NCBI GenBank assembly: GCA_965250285.1
Contig: OZ252299.1
Coordinates: 3,584,001-3,648,000, forward strand
DNA: 64,000 bases
DNA from: Myxococcota bacterium
GTDB lineage: Bacteria; Myxococcota_A; UBA9160; UBA4427
Direction of reading: 5' to 3'
The notes below the pieces were generated by a model. It made no database searches and was not told the DNA's origin. It saw nothing but the letters and a program-made list of their open reading frames with translations. This document shows positions 58,947 through 64,000 of this stretch, in pieces (positions within the stretch are counted from its first letter, which is position 1; the number at the start of each line of letters is the position of its first letter). The position numbers and the translations under genes were made by a program.

Positions 58947-59582
58947 ATGAAGACGCTCGTCATCGGAAGCCACGGCCAGATCGGCCGCATTCTCTGTCGC
59001 AAGGCGGCGACGTACGGCCTCGAGCTGCGCGCGATGGTGCGCGACGCGTCGCAGGCTTCGGCGCTCGCCAGCCCGGCCGTCGACGTGGTCGAGGGCGACC
59101 TCGAGGGCGCCTTCGCCGATGCCTTCGAGGGATGTGACCGCGCCGTCTTCACGGCGGGCTCGGGCGGCCACACCGGCGGCGACAAGACCCTGCTCATCGA
59201 TCTCTACGGGGCGATCCGCGCCATCGAGCTGAGCGAGACGCGGGGCATCGAGCACTTCGTGATGGTGAGCGCGTTGCGCGCCGATCGACCGCTCGAGGGA
59301 CCGCCGGCGATGCGCCACTACTTCGTCGCGAAGAAGCTGGCCGACGACCGCCTGCGCGCGAGCCCGGTGCCGTCGACCATTCTTCGGCCCGGGCGGCTCA
59401 CCGACGCGCCCGGCAGCGGCCGCGTGACGACCGATGTGACCCGGGCAAGCGGCGTCGACATCTCGAGAGAGAATGTCGCCGACTGCATCGCAGCCGCACT
59501 GACACACGCGAACGCGCGCGGGCGGGTCGTCGACCTGCTCGACGGAGATCAGCCGATCGACGCGGTGTTCGCCGAGCGCTGA
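58947..59582 (+). CDS. Atypical SDR / NAD(P)H-binding protein
   Basis: LVIGSHGQIG, FTAGSGG, YFVAK and LRPGRLT motifs. Confidence 0.88.
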   Translation: MKTLVIGSHGQIGRILCRKAATYGLELRAMVRDASQASALASPAVDVVEGDLEGAFADAFEGCDRAVFTAGSGGHTGGDKTLLIDLYGAIRAIELSETRGIEHFVMVSALRADRPLEGPPAMRHYFVAKKLADDRLRASPVPSTILRPGRLTDAPGSGRVTTDVTRASGVDISRENVADCIAAALTHANARGRVVDLLDGDQPIDAVFAER

Positions 59583-59761
59583 GGCCTTCGCCTGCGGCCC
59601 GGCCACGAGCGCAGCGCGTCGCTTCCTTGATCAGTCATGCTGCGGGCTCCGGGAGTGGCATCGGCTGGTCGGGTGTACCCTTTCCGATGAATTCCGTTTG
59701 CGCACTCGGCGTGATCGATGTGATCGGATTCGGTGCGAACCAATGACGAGGAGCATGCACG

Positions 59762-60223
59762 ATGAGCGCTGCCTACCAGTTCGATGGCGAGAAGATCGAT
59801 TGGACGCTGATCGAAGATCCGACCCAGCCCTACCCCTGCAAGTACGAGATGGCGATTCTGGGCGCCGACCCGGCTACGGGTCGCCTCGACCTGATCGTGC
59901 GTTGGCCCGCGAACTCGTACTGCCACTTCCACCGCCACGTCGCCGACACCGCGGTGCTGGTCCTCGAAGGGGAGCAGCACATCATCGAGATCCATGACGA
60001 CGGGAGCGAAGGCGAGCACAAGGTGCGGCCCGCCGGCACGTACGTGATGAGCCCCGGTGGCGAGGCCCACATGGAGCGCGGCGGCCCCGACGGTGCCCTC
60101 GTCTTCTTCTCGCTCCTTGCGGGAGACGGCCCGGTGTTCGAGACGCTCGACAAGGACATGAACGTGCTCGACGCCGCCACGGTCGCAGAGATGGCCGAGA
60201 CCCCGACCCTCGGAGCGAAGTGA
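59762..60223 (+). CDS. Cupin-fold protein
   Basis: HFHRH...VLEGEQH...GEAHME metal-binding pattern. Confidence 0.75.
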   Translation: MSAAYQFDGEKIDWTLIEDPTQPYPCKYEMAILGADPATGRLDLIVRWPANSYCHFHRHVADTAVLVLEGEQHIIEIHDDGSEGEHKVRPAGTYVMSPGGEAHMERGGPDGALVFFSLLAGDGPVFETLDKDMNVLDAATVAEMAETPTLGAK

Positions 60224-60350
60224 CCGCCGCAGGGCGAGACGTGTCCATTCCCGACCGCGCGAAACACGAAGCGGGCCGAGCGATGCGCCGCACCGGCGAT
60301 CGCGAAGGCCCGCGGATCGATCTCCCATCCGACGAGCCTGGAGCCACCCG

Positions 60351-61520
60351 ATGAATCAGAAGCTGTTCGAGAAGTACAAGGTCATCGACATCGACACCCA
60401 CATCACCGAGCCGGCGACCGTGTGGACCGACCGCGTCGCGAGCAAGTGGGGCGACAAGGTGCCGCACATCAAGCAGATCGAAGGCCGTGATACGTGGTTC
60501 ATCGGCGACGCGCCGGTCGGCGGACCCGGTCTCTACACGATGGCCGGCCACACGGGCACGTATCCCGACGCGCCGTTGACCTACGACGACCTTCCCGCCG
60601 CCTCGTACGACGCCCACGCTCGCCTGAAGCTCATGGACGAAGAGCAGATCCACTCGATGGTGCTCTACCCCAACCTCGGCGGCTTCGGGTCGGGCGGCTT
60701 CTTGCGGCTCGGCGAACCCGAGCTGATGCTCGAATGCGTGATCGCCTACAACGACTTCCTCGCCGACTGGGCGAGCGCCGATTTGAACCGCCTGCTGCCC
60801 GTCATGGCGTTGCCCTTCTGGGACGTCGACGCCTCGGTGAAAGAGATCGAGCGCTCGGCCGCCAAGGGGCATCGCGCCGTTCTGTTCGGGAGTCGACCCG
60901 AGACGTTTGACGAGCCGCCCCTCGCCCACAAGCACTGGGATCCCATCTGGGCCGCGGCCCAGGCGGCGGGTCTACCGATCAGCTTTCACATCGGCGCAGG
61001 AGACCTGAGCGATCTGATGGACGACTCGGCCGAGATGGGGTTCAAGGCGAACTTCGCCCGCGGCAGCTCGCTCGCTCTGCTCGACAACCAGCGCTGTCTC
61101 GCGAGCCTGATCTTCGGGGGCGTCTGCGCGCGCTTCCCCGATCTCGACTTCGTGTCGGTCGAGAGCGGCGCGGGTTGGCTCGCATGTGCGCTCGAGATGT
61201 TCGACTGGCAGTGGGTGAACGGCGAGGTCCAGAAGGAGCATCCCGAGTATGACCTGTTGCCGTCGGAGTACTTCGCACGCCAGATCTACGGCTCTTTCTG
61301 GTTCGAGAAGGGTGCGATCCAAACGGCGGTGAGCCGCTTCCCGAACAACGTCATGTGGGAGACCGACTACCCGCATCCGACGAGCCAGTACCCGAGCCCG
61401 AACAGCATCGCAGCGAGGCCGGCCGACTACGCCGAAGACGCACTGGCCGGTGTCGACGAGAACGTCGTTCGCGCGATCCTGCAAGACACGCCGGCGCGGC
61501 TCTACAACGTCGAGATCTAG
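60351..61520 (+). CDS. Amidohydrolase_2-family metallo-hydrolase/decarboxylase
   Basis: IDIDTHITEP, FHIG, VESGAGW and WETDYPH motifs. Confidence 0.9.
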   Translation: MNQKLFEKYKVIDIDTHITEPATVWTDRVASKWGDKVPHIKQIEGRDTWFIGDAPVGGPGLYTMAGHTGTYPDAPLTYDDLPAASYDAHARLKLMDEEQIHSMVLYPNLGGFGSGGFLRLGEPELMLECVIAYNDFLADWASADLNRLLPVMALPFWDVDASVKEIERSAAKGHRAVLFGSRPETFDEPPLAHKHWDPIWAAAQAAGLPISFHIGAGDLSDLMDDSAEMGFKANFARGSSLALLDNQRCLASLIFGGVCARFPDLDFVSVESGAGWLACALEMFDWQWVNGEVQKEHPEYDLLPSEYFARQIYGSFWFEKGAIQTAVSRFPNNVMWETDYPHPTSQYPSPNSIAARPADYAEDALAGVDENVVRAILQDTPARLYNVEI

Positions 61521-61602
61521 CCGGCGTCAGGCCGACAGCAAGCCACCGCCGACCGAGATCGGCCGTCCGCCACGTGAGCGTGGCGGCGGCGACAGAGGTG
61601 AC

Positions 61603-62049
61603 ATGAGCGAGTCCGTATCCGACGCCGAGCTGGTCGAGCGATTTCCCTGGGTCCAGATCTCGCACGATTCGAAGCACCACTTTCGCGGGTGGCTCGACCG
61701 GCGTCTTCTGATCAATCGCTGTACCGATTGCGGCAGCTTCCACCATCCGCCGAAGCCGGTCTGTCCCGAGTGCTGGTCCGAACGCATCGTGCCCACCGAA
61801 GTCGAGGGCTCGGGCGAGGTCCATCTCGCGATGCATCTGCATCAGGGCCCGCCAGCGCCCGGGGTCGACTACACCGCCGGGCCCCATCCCGTCGTGACGG
61901 TGGACCTCGACGGCACCGACGGCGTGCGCTTCAGCAGCACCGTGATCGATCTGCCGCGTGAAGAGATCGTCATCGGGCTGCGTGTCGAGCTCGACTGGAT
62001 CGAACGCTACGGCCATCCCTTTCCCGTGTTTCGAAAGCAGGGGGGCTGA
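61603..62049 (+). CDS. Zn-ribbon/OB-fold (DUF35/ChsH2-like) protein
   Basis: CTDCG..HHPP..CPEC plus an OB-fold; adjacent to a thiolase. Confidence 0.88.
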   Translation: MSESVSDAELVERFPWVQISHDSKHHFRGWLDRRLLINRCTDCGSFHHPPKPVCPECWSERIVPTEVEGSGEVHLAMHLHQGPPAPGVDYTAGPHPVVTVDLDGTDGVRFSSTVIDLPREEIVIGLRVELDWIERYGHPFPVFRKQGG

Positions 62050-62051
62050 GC

Positions 62052-63242
62052 TTGGCGACCCGGAACCCGATGCGGGACGAGATCGCGATCATCGGCGTCG
62101 GCTCGACCGAGTTCAGCCGGGACGCCGGCGAGGTCTCTCCGGCGAAGCTCGCAGCCCGCGCCTCGATCGCGGCGATTCGCGACGCGGGCATCGACTCGAG
62201 CGAGATCGATGGTGTCGTCGGGGCGCTCGAGCCCGGCGCACCGCGCGCGAACCAGATGTCGTCGATCCTCGGCCTCACCGACATCACGCATCACTCGAGT
62301 CCGATGCCGGTCGCGATCTTCGGGCTCGTCGACGCGATGACGGCGATCTACTCGGGACAGTGCGACACCGTCCTTCTCTATTTCGCGTTCACCCGCGCAC
62401 CCTGGAACTCGCGCTCCGCGGCGCAGGACCCTTTTCGCAGCTATCTGGCGGGGATGATGGGGGGCGGCTTGAAGGCGCCGCCCATGCCCGAATCGATCGA
62501 TCCTTCGTCGGCGTATACGGCGTGGGCCGCTCGGTACATGCATGAGTTCGACGTGCCGCGCGAGACGCTCGGGCGGGTCGCTCTCAACATGCGCGCCAAC
62601 GCGGCTCGCAACCCCAAGGCAACGATGAAGAAGCCGCTCACGATGGAGGCCTACCTCGGAGCGCGGATGATTCGCGACCCGCTCTGCATGCTCGACATGG
62701 ACATCCCGGTCGACGGCGCAGACGCATTCATCCTGACGACGACCGAGAAGGCGAAGGCGCTCACGAAGAATCCCGTCGTGGTACACGCGGCCACCGCCGG
62801 CATGGTCGGAAGGAACGACGAGGATCAGCTCCCCTCCCTCGCGCGACACGGCCAGCACGTCGTCGTCGACGCGCTCAAGGCGCGCAGCGACGTCTGGATC
62901 GACGACATCGACGTGTTCTTTCCCTACGACGGGTTCAGCATCATCACGCTCGGCTGGATCGAGAACATGGGCTTCGCGAAGCCGGGCCAGGCCGGCCGGT
63001 GGATGCAGGACCAATGGGACGACGACCTGGGTTGTGTGATGATCGACGGCCGCGTCCCCATGAACCCCCACGGCGGATCGCTTTCGGAAGGGGCGTCGCG
63101 CGGAACGGGACATCTTCGAGAAGCCGTGACCCAGCTGCGCGGCGACGCCGGCGAACGCCAGGTGCGCGACGCCGCAACCGCGCTCATCGGTTGCGGTGGC
63201 TTCTTCTTCAACTCACAGGGGGCGGTCCTCAAGCGGCTCTGA
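62052..63242 (+). CDS. SCP-x-type thiolase-family protein (probably aldolase-like)
   Basis: AIIGVGST, ARMIRDPL, YDGFS and NPHGGSLSEG motifs. Confidence 0.88.
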   Translation: MATRNPMRDEIAIIGVGSTEFSRDAGEVSPAKLAARASIAAIRDAGIDSSEIDGVVGALEPGAPRANQMSSILGLTDITHHSSPMPVAIFGLVDAMTAIYSGQCDTVLLYFAFTRAPWNSRSAAQDPFRSYLAGMMGGGLKAPPMPESIDPSSAYTAWAARYMHEFDVPRETLGRVALNMRANAARNPKATMKKPLTMEAYLGARMIRDPLCMLDMDIPVDGADAFILTTTEKAKALTKNPVVVHAATAGMVGRNDEDQLPSLARHGQHVVVDALKARSDVWIDDIDVFFPYDGFSIITLGWIENMGFAKPGQAGRWMQDQWDDDLGCVMIDGRVPMNPHGGSLSEGASRGTGHLREAVTQLRGDAGERQVRDAATALIGCGGFFFNSQGAVLKRL

Positions 63243-63382
63243 GAGACGGCCGGCGAAGCGTCGCCGAGCGCCGAACGCAACGCGTAGAGCCGCGCTGGCC
63301 GAACATGCTCGGAGCCCCTGCACGATGCCGGGTCGTGCGCCCCGGACCCCATCGCCCGGCCACCACACACGAAGGAGCTCAC

Positions 63383-64000
63383 ATGCTCGAAGGCCATCGC
63401 ATCCTCGTGACCGGAGCCACCGGCCAGGTCGCCCGCCCGCTCGCCGAGAAGCTCAACGCTCACAACGAGGTCTGGGCGGCCGCGCGCTTCTCCGATCCCG
63501 AAGCGAAGGCCGAGCTCGAAGCGGCCGGGATCGGCACTGCTCGGTTCTCGCTCGGCGAATCCGACCTGTCACACCTGCCCGACGTCGACTACGTCTTTCA
63601 CTGTGGCGTCAATCAGAACCCCGAGACACCCGGCCAGGGCTTCGAGCAGAACGCCGAGGGCACCGGCTACCTGATGCAGCGGTACCGCGACGTGCGCGGG
63701 TTCCTCCACATGTCGTCGTCCAGCGTCTACCGGGTCCCGGCGAGCTCACCCGAGCCGGTCGATGAAGACCATGCACTCGGTGGCTACTCGACGTATGCAC
63801 CGCACTACGCTTCGAGCAAGCTCGCAACCGAGGCGGTCGTACGTTTCCAGGCCCGAGCCCTGGGTCTGCCGACCGTGATCACGCGGCTCGACGTGGCCTA
63901 TGGCGCCCGCGGTCACGGCGGCGTCCCCATGGTGGTGTACGAATTCATGAAGCACGGCATGGCATACACCCGCGCCGAGAGCGGTGAGAGCTACTGCTCA
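63383..64000 (+). CDS. NAD-dependent epimerase/dehydratase (runs off the window end)
   Basis: Read directly: MLEGHRILVTGATGQVA...HMSSSSVY...YASSK; AAGGAG RBS upstream. Confidence 0.85.
   Translation, partial: MLEGHRILVTGATGQVARPLAEKLNAHNEVWAAARFSDPEAKAELEAAGIGTARFSLGESDLSHLPDVDYVFHCGVNQNPETPGQGFEQNAEGTGYLMQRYRDVRGFLHMSSSSVYRVPASSPEPVDEDHALGGYSTYAPHYASSKLATEAVVRFQARALGLPTVITRLDVAYGARGHGGVPMVVYEFMKHGMAYTRAESGESYCS

Noticed and set aside
1..64000. Very frequent TCGA-containing words (CTCGAG, GTCGAC, ATCGA)
   Set aside because: Adequately explained by NTC-GAN codon pairs in high-GC coding sequence; there is no evidence for a dedicated repeat without a statistical test.

Overview
This is a high-GC bacterial chromosomal segment. 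The PEP-CTERM and IPTL-CTERM sorting signals and the myxobacterial-type Cys-rich repeats suggest a Myxococcota/deltaproteobacteria-like organism (inference). It holds about 55 genes, mostly accessory catabolic and redox enzymes (SDRs, Rieske oxygenase, amidase, amidohydrolase, thiolase/OB-fold pair, sulfatase, GST) with local regulators, plus icd and tsaC/sua5. The most notable parts are: (1) a visibly more AT-rich, integrase-free island at about 5.9-13.4 kb. It carries a tightly coupled operon of MqsR-like toxin, MqsA-like antitoxin, KGGVGR-variant ParA/MinD ATPase-TPR, NurA and HerA, with a convergent orphan DNA methyltransferase, and is a candidate undescribed defence/conflict system. (2) A cyanate operon (cynS, cynABD-like ABC transporter, COG0523 GTPase, WD40) with a canonical sigma-54 promoter and an ANTAR-type attenuator, divergent from a NasT-like antiterminator. 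(3) An IPTL-CTERM surface protein alternating Cys-rich myxobacterial repeats with pacifastin-like inhibitor modules. (4) An operon of a PEP-CTERM protein, a 2047-aa VWA/metzincin protein and a lipoprotein. (5) A back-to-back marR/alkA deletion scar. (6) A COG0523 GTPase lacking the CxCC motif. I recognised no rRNA, tRNA, CRISPR array or transposase. All family assignments come from reading motifs by eye, not from database searches.
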